Source: Octopus sinensis
Taxonomy: Eukaryota
DNA length: 64,000 bases
Direction of reading: 5' to 3'
Assembly (NCBI RefSeq): GCF_006345805.1
Contig: NC_043005.1
Span: 7,812,001 to 7,876,000, forward strand
Below, piece by piece: positions 27,812 to 41,548 of this stretch. Position 1 is the stretch's first letter; each line of letters starts with the position of its first letter. The translations under genes and the position numbers were made by a program. The notes beneath the pieces were generated by a model, which saw nothing but the letters and a program-made list of their open reading frames with translations, was not told the origin of the DNA and ran no database searches.

Positions 27812-28539
27812 CCTTTATCAAACACATTTAGGAAAGAGAACCTCTTGTTAAGATAGAGCTCCTCCAGAGTTGGATATCTAATGGACTTTGGTCAGTGTTT
27901 TCTTGAAGGCTGCGACACCCGCCCCGACGTAAAGCGAAACATCGTGGAGAACCTTCTCCGCATCAAATAGGATGATGTGGAGATAGTATCAGAACTTATC
28001 CACCTACTCAGAAGAGCGGAGCTGTTTATTGCAGTTGAGGACAGAAGGAATAATGTCTCTTATGTGGTGCTGAACACGACTTCAGCACTTTCTGAACAAA
28101 AAATAAGGTTTCCTGATACATCCCGCTCTTAAATGCATGCTCCACACATTAAGTATCCTAACTCTAATTTAAATATTGATTTCAAATTTTAACACATGGC
28201 CAGCAAATTCGTGAGGATGGGGGTAAGTCGATTACATCGGTCTCCGTTGTCAGCTGGCACTTATTTTCTCGACCCTGAGGGAAAGTCGGCCTCGGCAGCA
28301 TTTGAACTCGAAATGCCGCTTAGCATCTTTCCGGTGTGCTAACGATTCTGCCAACTTGTCACCTTAGATATTGGAAGCATATATTTGACAATTTTTTTTT
28401 GTCTTTGGTTCTGGCATAAGTAGACGCAGTAAAGGTTCTGTTATTGTATCAGAATAATATACGATTTGAACTCTTTTCAGAGCAGAATAAATGACATGTT
28501 TAAATCTCAGTCCAAATTCATCCTTCAAATTTCCAGTAC
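27812..28539 (-). pseudogene. Pseudo-exon interrupted by a SINE
   Basis: Acceptor tttattttacag, donor gtgagt. Frame GTGNLKDEFGLRFKHVIYSALKRVQIVYYSDTITEPLLRLL... continues in the same frame (...YYLHIILFDAEKVLHDVSLYVGAGVAAFKKTLTKVH...) once the SINE at 28179-28363 and one TSD copy are removed; several stops. Confidence 0.6.
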
Positions 28540-28769
28540 CTGTAAAATAAAGCATCTGAGATTAATACATTCCGAACTCATTGATACAAATAACCTTTTA
28601 CTTCAGTCAGTAATCATGCAGTGATTTCCATGAAAGATGTGAGGTATTATAGAATAAGTTAGAGCTCCGCTCCCCAAGGCAGTTTACTTTATTGCTTAAG
28701 AAGTTGACTACAGCGGGATTTAAATTCGAGGCGTAAACTGACATAATTGCATACTATGAGGCAGTATTA

Positions 28770-29278
28770 CCGTAAATCCTCGAGTATAGTCCGCCCTTGA
28801 GTATAATACGCAGGGGATTTTTAGGGGGCTGTACCTCTGAAAAACCTAAACCTTGTGTATAATACGCACCCCTTCTCTAACTTGAGTCAAGGAGGTCTAT
28901 ATAACATCTTTGGTTTGTAAAAATGTATACGGTAACGTCCTTTATTATTGTATATATAACATAATGCAAATGTGTAGCTTTTGTGTGCATTTTGTTTGCA
29001 GAAAATAAAGAAATAACAGTAATGACATTTAATAAATGTTGCTTACTGCAAGTTAAGGATGATTCTTTTATGACTTCATTACTTTCAGGCTTAGCTGAAG
29101 GTATTTTCGCGCCCGACATCACAAAATGCGTCTGAATAAACATTGCCAGACAGCAAATAGAGACTCGGACATTGCTTAGAAAATATTTTTCATTTTTAAC
29201 CTCTTATATAGTACGCACTAGGGATTTTGACCTTTAAATTTGGGGAAAAATATGCGGATTATACTCGAGGATTTACGG
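28770..29278. mobile_element. pogo/Tc2-like MITE with TA TSD
   Basis: TIR CCGTAAATCCTCGAGTATA(G/A)TCCGC at both ends, flanked by TA; subterminal GTATAATACGCA repeats; internal NEVIKESSLTC remnant. Confidence 0.85.
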
Positions 29279-29557
29279 TATGTACGCCGCTCTACAAATA
29301 TTGTGTGAATGTTTCTCACCTTATTGAATTAACTGAAATTTATAAATATTGAACGGAAAAGGTAAAGAAGAACATGTACCTTTAAGCGAGCAAGGGTGTA
29401 GTTCTGGGTTTGAAAATGCTTCGAAAAAAGCTCGCTTCACCTCTTACAAGAATCCGACCCCACGCCGAAGAGACAAAGAAATAAAACAAAAACTAAACGA
29501 TTTAATCTTTAGGAACTGGAACATTTACTGGAACATAACTGGAACTGGAACATTTAC

Positions 29558-29895
29558 TGCAATAATTTCTGCTTTTCGATGATTTCGGTGGTCTTCGCAA
29601 TTGGAAATCCCATATTATAAGGTCATACATTAATCATAGAAATAATTGTCACGTTTGGGGATCAAACCGGCTAAAAGACACAGGTGATACAATGTTAATC
29701 TTGATTGGTTTAATATTTTCAGCTGCAGCAAACACCAATAGAATGAAAACAAGGTATTTATAACGTGCGTGACCTTAGCGAGGACAGTATATATTTTTAT
29801 GAGTTTTCCACTTTCAAGGGACACGAAAAGTTTGATTGTTTTGTGCTTCAATCGTTGGCAAAGCTCATTCGGATATGTGCACTTAACGTCTTTCT
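29558..29895 (-). pseudogene. Pseudo-exon
   Basis: Acceptor ttaagttctag, donor gtaaat; frame EKDVKCTYPNELCQRLKHKTIKLFVSLESGKLIKIYTVLAKVTHVINTLF... with two stops near its end. Confidence 0.5.
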
Positions 29896-30335
29896 CTAGA
29901 ACTTAAATATATTTGTTTTATATCTTTGTTGGTAGGCTATTTATGCAATATAGTATTTCTATTCAGTGCAGAAGCAGTTTTCGAACGTATCATTCACGTC
30001 ATCCATCTATTTTCTCCTCACACACTTCCACCATTTTATGACATATGTGTTATCATTATTGTTATGACAAATAAAATTTTTGCCCGTGCTAGAAATAATG
30101 ATCATGTTCATCATCATGATAATCATGATTATCACTACCACCACAGAAACTAACATCGATGCAAAATCTACCTCCACCGCTGCCACCACTAGTAGCAGCA
30201 CCACGACCACAACCAGCACCAACGTCATCATCATCATCATCATCGTCACCGTCATCGTCGTCGTCGTCGTCACAATGTTTACTTTTGGGCATTGTATTTT
30301 GTATTATCTTTAAAATACATAACATATAGCATATA

Positions 30336-30506
30336 GGCGTAGGAGTGGCTGTGTGGTAAGTAGCTTGCTTACGAACCACATGGTTCCGGGTTCAGTCCCA
30401 CTGCGTGGCACGTTGGGCAAGTGTCTTCTACTATATCCTCGGACCGACCAAAGCCTTGTGAGTGGATTTGGTAGACGGAAACTGAAAGAAGCCAGTCGTA
30501 TATATG

Positions 30507-30557
<51 letters not shown>

Positions 30558-30797
30558 ACACACACACATATATATGTGTGTGTATGTTTGTGTGTCTGTG
30601 TTTGTGCCCCCAACATCGCTTGACAACCGATGCTAGTGTGTTTACGTCCTCGTAACTTAGCGGTTCGGCAAAAGAGACCGATAGAATAAGTACTAGGCTT
30701 GCAAAGAATAAGTCGTGGGGTCGATTTGCTCGACTAAAGGAGGTGCTCCAGCATGGCCACAGTCAACTGACTGAAACAAGTAAAAGAGTAAAAGAAT
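30336..30797 (+). mobile_element. SINE family B with internal (TA)/(CA) microsatellite; further copies at about 21033-21315, 32977-33330, 35990-36459, 40680-41082, 43370-43620, 49945-50045, 53500-53860, 63150-63586 (all minus)
   Basis: tRNA-like head GGCGTAGGAGTGGCTGTGTGGTAAG...GGTTCAGTCCC; CORE-like TTGGGCAAGTGTCTT; (GAGTAAAA)n tail. Confidence 0.88.
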
Positions 30798-31319
30798 ATT
30801 ACGTGTGTAGTAACTAATAGCATTACATTCTGTATATAGTGTGTAAGCCCCAGAGTTTTGCTTATGTATTTGCCTGATATCAATAATTCTCAATCCACCA
30901 ATTATTGCTGAGACTAGATCGCATCTGTTCCTGCAATGCCGGAAGAAAATAGCCATAAATTGTTCAATGTGAAAGTGTTTCTTAAGTCTGCGTTGCGTTG
31001 TCAATATGTTGAAAGATATATAGAAATACACACACGTGCACGCGCACATACACACACGCACACAAACAACCAAAAACTAACTATAAGCAATATATATATT
31101 TTCGTATAGTCTTTTTCAAGTCTGTGTTGCGTTGGGTTGAGAGACTTGAATTTGAAATTCCCACGTTTTTAATTAAAAGTTGTTTGTTACTAAGGTCACA
31201 ACCCTACCTATTTATCTATCTTTCGCGCATACACACATACGCACACTCTCTCTTTTTCTCTCACTGTATTTCTCTTTTAACAATAACTTCTTCTTCTTCC
31301 CTTCTTCCCCTTCTCTACA

Positions 31320-31950
31320 CAAGAAGGAAGCACTCCGTCGGTTACGACGACGAGGGTTCCGGTTGATACGAATCACGGAACAGCCTGCTTGTGAATTAAC
31401 GTGTAAGTGGCTGAGCATTCCACAGACACGTGTACCCTTAACGTATTTCTCGGGATATTCAGCGTGACACAGAGAGTGACAAGGCCGGCCCTTTGAAATA
31501 CAGGTACACAACAAAACAGGAAGTAAGAGTGAGAGAAAGTTGTGGTGAAAGAGTACAGCAGGGATCACCACCACCCCCTGCCGGAACCTCGTGGAGCTTT
31601 AGGTGTTTTCGCTCAATAAACACTCACAACGCCGGTCTGGGAATCGAAACCGCGATCCTATGACCGCGAGTCCGTTGCCCTAACCACTGGGCCAGCGGAC
31701 TCGCGGTTGGAGGATCGCGGTTTCGATTCCCAGACCGGGTGTTGTGTGTGTTTATTGAGCGAAAACGCCTAAAGATCCATGATGCTCTGGCAGGGGGTGG
31801 TGGCGACCCCTGTTGTACTCTTTCGCCCCAACTTGCTCTCACTCTTTCTTCCTGTTTCTTGAGGAACGCTGCGATGGTCTTATAAGCCATAGAAATCGGG
31901 AAACCGGGCCCATGAGCCTGGCTAGGCTTGAAAAGGGCGCATAGATAAAA
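31320..31950. mobile_element. Two family C SINEs head-to-head (31320-31694 minus, 31695-31950 plus); further copies at 52265-52648(-) and 58150-58448(-)
   Basis: tRNA(Arg)-like head TGGCCCAGTGGTTAGGGCAGCGGACTCGCGGTC...GGTTTCGATTCCC; shared body, different tails. Confidence 0.8.
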
Positions 31951-31994
31951 AAATATCAGAATATGATATATATGTGTACATATGTATTTATGTA

Positions 31995-32660
31995 TATGCG
32001 AGACACTACCGAAAGAAACCGGTATTTCGCAATTTTATTCCCTTATTTTTACATGTTTACACTTTTATCGCCTTCAAAGTATTCTCCATTTTAAGCAATG
32101 CATCGTTCCAGGCGCTTTTTCCACTGTTCGAAGCAGTGCTGGAATTCTTGCAAAGGGATGCGTTTTAACGTCTCTGATGTGTTTTTCTTCATCTCTTCGA
32201 TATCTGCAAATTTTGTAGCACCAGCTTCCATCACCAGTGATTACCTTCGAAAAAGGTTCAGATCAACTTCCAACTGTTCTTTCAGTTCACGACACATATT
32301 CAATCATGGCTGCTTTTTAACTTCCGTGACCAAGCGAAGCACAAATTTTGCTGCAACTCTTTTCATTCGCAGTTCCTCACTCAAAATTCGTTGGTCGGAG
32401 CTCCAGGACACACCTGTCAAATCAACAAGTTCCTCAATTGTTTGGTGATGGTCCTCCAAGATCAGTTCGTGAATTTTCATAATGTTTGCATTCGTTCGGG
32501 ATGTAGATGGATGCCCTGAACAAGGTTGGTCTTCAAGCGGCAAGTGACCATTCCTAAAGCGTGAAAACCGCTCGTAAACTTGTGTTTTACATGACAGCAT
32601 CCTTGTGAGCTGTTTGAAGCATGACAACTGTTTTGGTCGCCATTTTCCTCAGCAGAAAAA
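31995..32660 (-). mobile_element. mariner element, internally deleted
   Basis: KTQVYERFSRFRNGHLPLEDQPCSGHPSTS (WxxRFxxG/RSGRP-like); TIEELVDLTGVS...ILSEELRMKRVAAKFV; KVITGDGSWCY fused directly to KFADIEE...FQHCFEQWKKRLERCIA.NGEYFEGD. Confidence 0.88.
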
Positions 32661-32903
32661 AATTTTAAATTTATAAATATAAATTAAAAATTTTCATTTA
32701 AATAATTTAATTTAAAATTTTATATTTTATATATTTTGTATATTATATTAATTATATTTATTTTCATGTTTTGGTTTATGTTTTTCACTGTTTGATTTGC
32801 CTAATAGTGGTTTTATCTCTAATTTAATTTATATTTATACTGTGAAATTTGATTTAATCCTAAATCTAATTTTTCTCTCTGTAAGTTTGGATTTACTCCC
32901 TAA

Positions 32904-32973
<70 letters not shown>

Positions 32974-33821
32974 CATACTCTTTTACTTGTTTCAGCCATT
33001 TGACTGTGGCCATGCTGGAGAACCGCCTTTAGTCGAGCAAATCGACTAGTACTTATTCTATCGGTCTCTTTGCCGAACCGCTAAGTTACGGGAGGTAAAC
33101 ACACCAGCATCGGTTGTCAAGCGATGTTGGGGGAACAAGCACAGACACACATACAGACAGACAGACACACACGCACACACACATCACACACATATACATA
33201 TATACGACGGACTTCTTTCAGTTTCCGTCTACCAAATCCACTCACAAGTTTTTGGTCGGCCCAAGGATATAGTAGAAGACACTTTCCCAAGGTGCCACGC
33301 AGTGGGACTGAATCCGGAACCATCTGGTTCATATATATATATAAGGTCCATGGCTTAGTGGTTAGGGTGTTGCACTCATGATTGCGAGATCGCGGTTTCG
33401 ATCACCAGACTGGACGTTGCGTTGTATTCTTGAGCAAAGAACTTCATTTCTCGTTGGTCAGCGATCATTTCGTCATCTGAAATGTGACATACAGTGCACC
33501 TGTACAGGTAATGTCTATTAGATAGAGGCAGTGAATTTATGTGAACACAAACATTTGATCACTATAACAAATCATATGTGTAGTTGTTCGGCAAGAAATT
33601 GCCGAACCGTCATACATCGTCTAATAACGGGAGAGTCTATGGTATATATATATATATATATATATATTTTAAGTAGTTGAATGAATTATCCTAGTATGAA
33701 TAATTTTTTCGGTTAACCGATCCCGGGTAGCAATTCACGTCAGAAACAACCTGTTGAAGCTACATGCCAAGGGCAGAGATCACGTGCTTCGTATGGAAAT
33801 TTGTGTGTTTTTTTAATACAA

Positions 33822-34113
33822 ATAAATGAAAGAATGGAGTTGAACGACGATTTAACAAATTCCTTTATTCTCGACATATATTTCGAAGGCTGCATATTCC
33901 TAATTTCGAAGGTATAAGGGGTGCATTATGCCGCCTTCTCATCTAAAGTTTTTGTTCATCATGATGCTGACATAAGTTCCTTGTCTTTCCTGATGAGAAG
34001 GCGGCATAATGCACCCCTTATTCCTTCGAATTAGGAATATGCAGTCTTCGAAACATATGTCGAGAATAAACGAATTTTGTTAAATCGTCGTTCAACTCCA
34101 TTCTTTCATTTAT
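33822..34113. mobile_element. Penelope-like pseudo-LTR fragment as an inverted pair (about 122-bp arms, 48-bp spacer)
   Basis: 33822-33943 complements 33992-34113; carries CTGATGA...CGAAAC...GTC and AATAAA as in PLE pLTRs. Confidence 0.6.
33986..34065 (+). ncRNA. Minimal type I hammerhead ribozyme motif
   Basis: Stem I TTTC/GAGA; core CTGATGA 33990-33996; stem II GAAGGC/GTCTTC with an extended inner hairpin; GAAA 34050-34053; stem III AC-ATAT-GT; cleavage triplet GTC ending at 34061. Confidence 0.7.
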
Positions 34114-34117
34114 ATAA

Positions 34118-34184
<67 letters not shown>

Positions 34185-34382
34185 CATATATGTATATATA
34201 GGGAGAGTTCACACGAAAAAAACAAAGAGGAAGACAGGTGGTGTAGAAAACAAACAGATGTATTAGTATAACGCTCAGGAATTGAAAAAGTCTTTTACGT
34301 TTCAAGCCTAAGGTTGGAACCGTTAGGAGAGAAAAAAACGTGTAGTGGCTACTGATCTATCATACATACATACATACATATA

Positions 34383-34442
<60 letters not shown>

Positions 34443-34475
34443 TATATATATATAATATTGTATAATATTATGTAT

Positions 34476-34528
<53 letters not shown>

Positions 34529-35223
34529 AATATATATATATATATATCCTCTTGCTTAAAGTTGGCCAGTAACCAGAATATGTGATTAATTGTTTATTCC
34601 CGATCTGAACATATCCGTCAGAAAATTACTGTTTTCTGCTTCCTAATATACTCTTCGTTGTTTCAGGTGAGAAGGTTTTGAATCTTTATTGTAATGAAAA
34701 TGCCTTCAGTGTCAACTTATTATTCCACGCTTTCATCCTGAGCTGAGATTTTGTAAATAATGATAGTAAAAAACCCCCCAAAAAAACAAAAGAAAAAAAA
34801 GAAAAACAATTTCCTGTTCAGTCATCTCAAGTATTGTTCACGTAGGGGATTTTCTGAGTATTGTTTTCGCAGAATATTCTGGAGCTCCATAGTCACATCC
34901 GTTTTTGTTTTTGGACAGTTTCTGTTGCCATTCCTTCTTTATCTGTCTGTTACTTCAGCCTCTCTTTTATATCTGTTGTCTTCCTTCAAGACGGGAAACA
35001 ATTTTTTTATATTTTGTTGATGTTTTTTGTTTTACTACTTGTATTAGTTTTTTTCATTATTGTTCACTAGATATTTTCGAAGTCTTACAGTAGATACTTC
35101 ATTATGGTATCTATACCAACATGGATATATATATATGTATATATACATATATGCACACATGCCTTTGTGTGTGTGTGTGTGTGTGTGGATTCCGCCTGTG
35201 TGTCTGGTATATATATATATACA

Positions 35224-35275
<52 letters not shown>

Positions 35276-35443
35276 TATGTGTGAGTTAGAAGTTGAGAAG
35301 CTAACTAAGGGATAGTACCTATCCAATACATTGCTGGTAGTGTACCCAGTTATTAATACCCAAGTGCTAGTTATTGCGTGGCAATCTCGCAATTGAGTAT
35401 TATATGCGAGCGGAGGTAAAAAGTGGTTTAACCTTGATTTATA

Positions 35444-36219
35444 CGGCAAATAAGAAAGTGGAGAGGGTATAAAATCGACAGACATCAGCCGGTAAACATT
35501 CTAGTATGTCTATTTATTCCAATGTATTGGATTGATACACACACATGTATTAGTGGTACAGATTATTAAATGGAAAGAGTTGTAATTGGTAAATGCAAAA
35601 ACAAGGATGTGGAAGCGTATAAGCATATAGGAACGAGTGATCAATTGAGCAGATGAGCAAATGAGGTAATGAGCAAACGAACAGATTGTCTATAAAACCG
35701 AATGGGTGTATAGGTGCTAGTTCCTAACGGCCGTTTCTGCCAAGAAGCGACGTGATCTTTCAAAAATATACCTAAAATTTTCCTTCCTGTAAAAACTTCT
35801 CCTGAGAACGTATATATTCACCTATCCACCATTGGACGAAATAACATGGATATTATAATACATCACGGGAAGTCTGTATCTTATTCCTCCTTGCTATGCC
35901 CAAGTCATCATACTAAGATGTACTTCACGCTTGTTCTAATTCTTACTCTTATTATTTTTCTACTCTATTTAAAAAAGACAGACTGTAGCTATTTTACTCT
36001 TTACTCTTTTACTTGTTTCAGTCATTTGACTGCGGCCATGCTGGAGCACCGCCTTTAGTCGATCAAACCGATCCCGGGACTTATTCTTTGTAATCCCAGT
36101 ACTTATTCTATCGGTCTCTTTTGCCGAACCGCTAAGTGACGGGGGACGTAAACACACCAGCATCGGTTGTCAAGCAATGCTAGGGGGACAAACACAGACA
36201 CACAACACACAACACACCA

Positions 36220-36268
<49 letters not shown>

Positions 36269-36909
36269 CACACATATATATATATATACATATATACGAC
36301 AGGCTTCTTTCAGTTTCCGTCTACCAAATCCACTCACAAGGCATTGGTCGGCCCGGGGCTATAGCAGAAGACACTTGTCCAAGATGTCACGCAGTGGGAC
36401 TGAACCCGCAACCATGTGGTTGGTTAGCAAGCTCCTTACCACACAGCCACTCCTGCGCCTATTGTTAACTAACTTTTACATATGTGTGCTAGCCCCCACC
36501 CAACCCTCTAAAGAATCCTAGAGGTACATTCATTATCTAAGCCTTATCTGCTCATCCCTACATAGCATTGAAGAGATGGAGAGTACCTGGAAGATTTCGT
36601 TGCCTCTTGGTAAAAACGGCCGTAAGGAACTAGCACCTACACACCCATTCGGTTTTATAGACATCCTGTTCGTTTGCTCATTATCTCATTTGCTCATCTG
36701 CTCAATTGATCACTCGTTCCTATATGCTTATACGCTTCCACATCCTTGTTTTTGCATTTACCAATTACAAACTTTTTCCATTTGATAATCTATATCACTA
36801 ATACATGTGTGTGTGTATCAATCCAATACAGTGGAATAAATAGACATACTAGAATGTTTACCGGATGATGTCTGTCGATTTCATATCCTCTCCACTCCCT
36901 CATTTGCCG
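35444..36909. mobile_element. Long-TIR (about 325 bp) non-autonomous DNA element with TA TSD and nested SINE
   Basis: TA/CGGCAAAT...ATTTGCCG/TA; arms 35444-35765 and 36580-36909 are roughly 90% complementary. Confidence 0.75.
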
Positions 36910-37029
<120 letters not shown>

Positions 37030-37030
37030 C

Positions 37031-37152
<122 letters not shown>

Positions 37153-37462
37153 GTACACACACACATATACATACATACACACACATTCACAGATGTGTAT
37201 ATAAAGCTGTGTGTTTGCGTGTCCATGTGAGTATGTGAATATCTATAAATGTTTTTTGGTATACGTGAATGTGTACACGTGAGCTTGCAATCATGTACAT
37301 ACTGTGAGGAAAAACGCAGAAAATACGAGGATAGTGCGATAGGGAGAAATAAATTGATTGGGATACAAAAATACAGTGAGTCTGATTACTGATGTGTATC
37401 ATTATAAATATTTGTAAAAAAAATCTCCATTAAGCGAAAGTAATGGACACAAAATCAGTATT

Positions 37463-37570
<108 letters not shown>

Positions 37571-38284
37571 TTAAGTATGTGTGTATGTCTTTCCAGATAA
37601 CATTTTTATAACAAGTGGGTTCACTAGCTCCTTGTTCACTGGGAACTCTGGTAAATTGATGGATGAGTGGAGCCAGTTTATTTTATATTTTAATAGTTCA
37701 AACAATTACCCGTTTTCTCCATCATACCTATTTCCCTTTATTTCCCCACCCTCTCAGCTATCCGACCTGCGCTATCCCCTTCTTTCATTTCATTTCGATT
37801 TCTGTTCTAGATGTTTAATTTCGACTTGTTTCGGTTTGACTAAAGGCCAAATATTACCGAGCAGGAAATACACTCGATTGAACTGCTCCTAATATACCAA
37901 CGATACTTTTCGAACCCCGAAAAATGTAATAAAATTTTTCTAAAACTGCAGGTTTTGATCGCAGAACAGTAAAGCAAGACCTAATTACTATAAACTAACA
38001 AGTGTGGCTTAGTATCTGTTATTCCAGCTCTCACTACCCTCCATTCAAGATTCATGTATAAGCTCTATATACTGGGTTTATGATATATTATATTATTGCC
38101 CAATCTTATATAGTATTTCAGTACCGCATACCATTCAGTAAAGCTTTATGATTAATTATTTTCTGTTTATTTCTTTTTGATGTGATTGATTTAATGCTGT
38201 CGTTTTCTCGTGGAGAACATTATTGATTCTTGATCATCTCAATTGAAATGCACACACAAGCTCATCCGCCCACCCACACACAAT

Positions 38285-38353
<69 letters not shown>

Positions 38354-38681
38354 CATACATACATGTATATTATATATAAATATATACACATATGTGTATA
38401 TATATGTATATATATGTACATATATGTGTGTATGCGTATGTATGTATACATGTGTATTTAATTGCGTGTATGTGAATATATATATAAGTTTAAATACATG
38501 TATACATCCAGATATAAACATACATATGCATACATACATCGGGACACCCCAACACATATATATATTCGTGTGTGTGTGTTTGTCCCGATATATGTATGTG
38601 TGCATATGCATGCTTATATCTGTATATACAGATGTATTTACACATACATATATCTATTCACATACACACAATTAGATACAC

Positions 38682-38723
<42 letters not shown>

Positions 38724-39515
38724 ATACATTTATACACACACACATATATACATACAGATACGCATATATCATATCAATATGTAAGAGTGTATATATGTCC
38801 ATATGTGTGTGTATGTCTTTCATTGTATACATGTAAGTGTGTGTAGGTGTGTATATATTTGCATGTGGGGATATATTTGCGTATATACGCACATGTATTG
38901 AGACGCATGTTCTATAGCTATATTCTATGGCTGTGAGCACAGAATGTGTGTGCATATACCCATGCACACATACACACACAAACATATATACAACTGAATG
39001 AGAGTATGAGAGTGTGCCTTAGCATGTACGTGTGTGAGTGAGCATATGTGTGTGACAGTGTGTCTGTGTGTATGTGTGAGTCTGTGTATAAGTTTGAATG
39101 TGTGTATATATAAAAAATGGAGCGGAGTGTGAAGTGGTAACTAAGTTGAAGAGAGAAGGAGTAAATAGGAACAGAGAGGAAAGGAAAGAATGAAAGGAAA
39201 AGAGAAATAGAGAAAAAGAAAGATAAAGTAAAAGCAAGAGACAATTTGATAGAAGGACAATTTGATAGAGAAGCGACGCATTTAGTAGATAGATAATTCA
39301 CCGTATCACGCTACCAAATGGGGAAAAAGTAGACAAAATTTCGCATTACTAATAAAGGAATGAAGGAAACTATGTTGTCGTGTTCCTCTGTTAGTGAAGT
39401 GTTTATGGTATGTCATAGCTGTATTTTCATTTTAAGCTAATTATACATTTAACAAATTTAATTATGAAAGAACAATAGAATATTGCTGATTCATTACTCA
39501 CGTAGTCCAATCCAC

Positions 39516-39594
<79 letters not shown>

Positions 39595-41468
39595 TGTGTG
39601 TGTGTGTGTGTGTGTGTGTATGTATTCTTCTTTTTCTCTTTTCCATTTAGAGTTAATTTGACCAGCTCCATGCTTGGTAGCAAAGCTTTGAAGAAAGGCT
39701 TTGAAGGAAAACATTTTGTTTTGTCCATCAACTTTTAATTCTTAAGAAGGTCCTGCAGACTTGTATAGTCCCAAATAACGTTATTATTTGTAGTATATGA
39801 ATTAAGGAGTAGCGTTCTCTCCCTTAGAATCCACTTTCAGCCATATTTTGCTCGAGGCGGATTGCTACGTATCCTGTTAATCCTATAATAATTAGAAGCA
39901 GTATTAAATTAAAATAGATATCTATGTATCACACTTAAAGTAAGCGGGTCACCTAAAGGCAAATTCATTGTTGTATTCGTTCGGAGATAACACCTCTTAT
40001 GGATGAGCTCTCTATATAAATTGAAAGGAGACGAAAATCATTCCAGCAGGAGCTAGTAAGAATGCCAAACCCATTTCGGCTCATTGAAGACGTTTTGAAG
40101 TCGTGAACTGAATGCCAATCACATCCTTAGACGAGATTTGTCGTCTCCTATATATGGAAGAACAGTGAGAAACATTCACTGGCATAGTAAATAGATGCCC
40201 AGCTCAATAAAAATTCGTTTTATGGCTTAGAAGTAGTATATCATAGTTAACGTAAATACACTATTGAAAAGCGGAAATGTATCTGGCGATCTCTATTCCT
40301 GATGAAACGCTCTAGACGCTCTATATGTTAACACGGCAGGTCCTTCTCCCTAAATACGTTGGATAGGAACCTTTGGAGTACTTCAGCACAATGGCTTCAT
40401 TCTTGAGGACCTTCACATTCTTGCTCTGATCACATGATATCTCTCTGGCTCTATTTCTCTCGGGGTGCTTTCCAACTCACGGGCATGTGCTGCAGCTTCT
40501 CGGTGTCGGGACGAGATACAACGTTATACCACCTTTTTTCTTGTAGTTGCTGCCAAAATCTCGGTTGGGATAGCAACTTGAGCACTTCTTCCATTCAAAT
40601 CCACATGCTATTTGGCTTGTGCCAGGTATGCCTTCTTGTCAGTTAGAGAGGGCGTTAAGTCGAAGTCAAGTAGGGATCCTTACTCTTTACTCTTTACTCT
40701 TTTACTTGTTTCAGTCATTTGACTGCGGCCATGCTGGAGCACTGCCTTTTAGTCGAGCAAATCGACCCCGAGACTTATTCTTTGTAAGCCCAGTACTTAT
40801 CCTATCGGTCTCTTTTGCCGAACCGCTAAGTGACGGGGACGTAAACACACCAGCATCGGTTGTCAAGCAATGCTAGGGGGACAAACACATACACACACAT
40901 ATATATATATACATATATACGACAGGCTTCTTTCAGTTTCCGTCTACCAAATCCACTCACAAGGCATTGGTCAGCCCGGGGCTATAGCAGAAGACACTTG
41001 CCCAAGATGCCACGCAGTGGGACTGAACCCGGAACCATGTGGTTGGTTAGCAAGCTACTTACCACACAGCCACTCCTGCGCCCTTAGTTAAAATTTCAAC
41101 AAGAGTATTTCAACATTAAACTAATTATCTCAACAAAATATAACAAACTTTCGGGACCAATGCGATTCACATCCAAACAACACGACAATAAAGAATGATA
41201 ACAATTATAATTAATAAAGATAATTGTTTCTAATATAGGCATAAGACCTGAAATTTATGGGGGAGAAGACGAGTCGATTACATCGATCTCGGTGCTCAAC
41301 TGGTACTTATTTCAGCGATGTCAAAAGGATGAAAGGCAAAGCAGACACCGGTGGAATTTATACTCAGAACATAAAGACGGGCGAATTGCTGCTAAACTTC
41401 TTGTCCAGCGTGTTAACGATTCTACGAGTTCGCTGCCTTCATAATACTAATAATGATGATGATGATGA

Positions 41469-41548
<80 letters not shown>

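Noticed and set aside
27513-27851. Plus-strand ORF with VKVNGDANLSFNPSRGI resembling a LINE RT motif
   Set aside because: No QG..LSP or YADD motif follows; it overlaps a minus-strand pseudo-exon region, so the similarity is probably chance.
31620-31760. tRNA-like sequences in SINE heads (also 30336, 33345, 52570-52648, 55914)
   Set aside because: They have A/B boxes but no complete acceptor stem, and they continue into SINE bodies; not tRNA genes.
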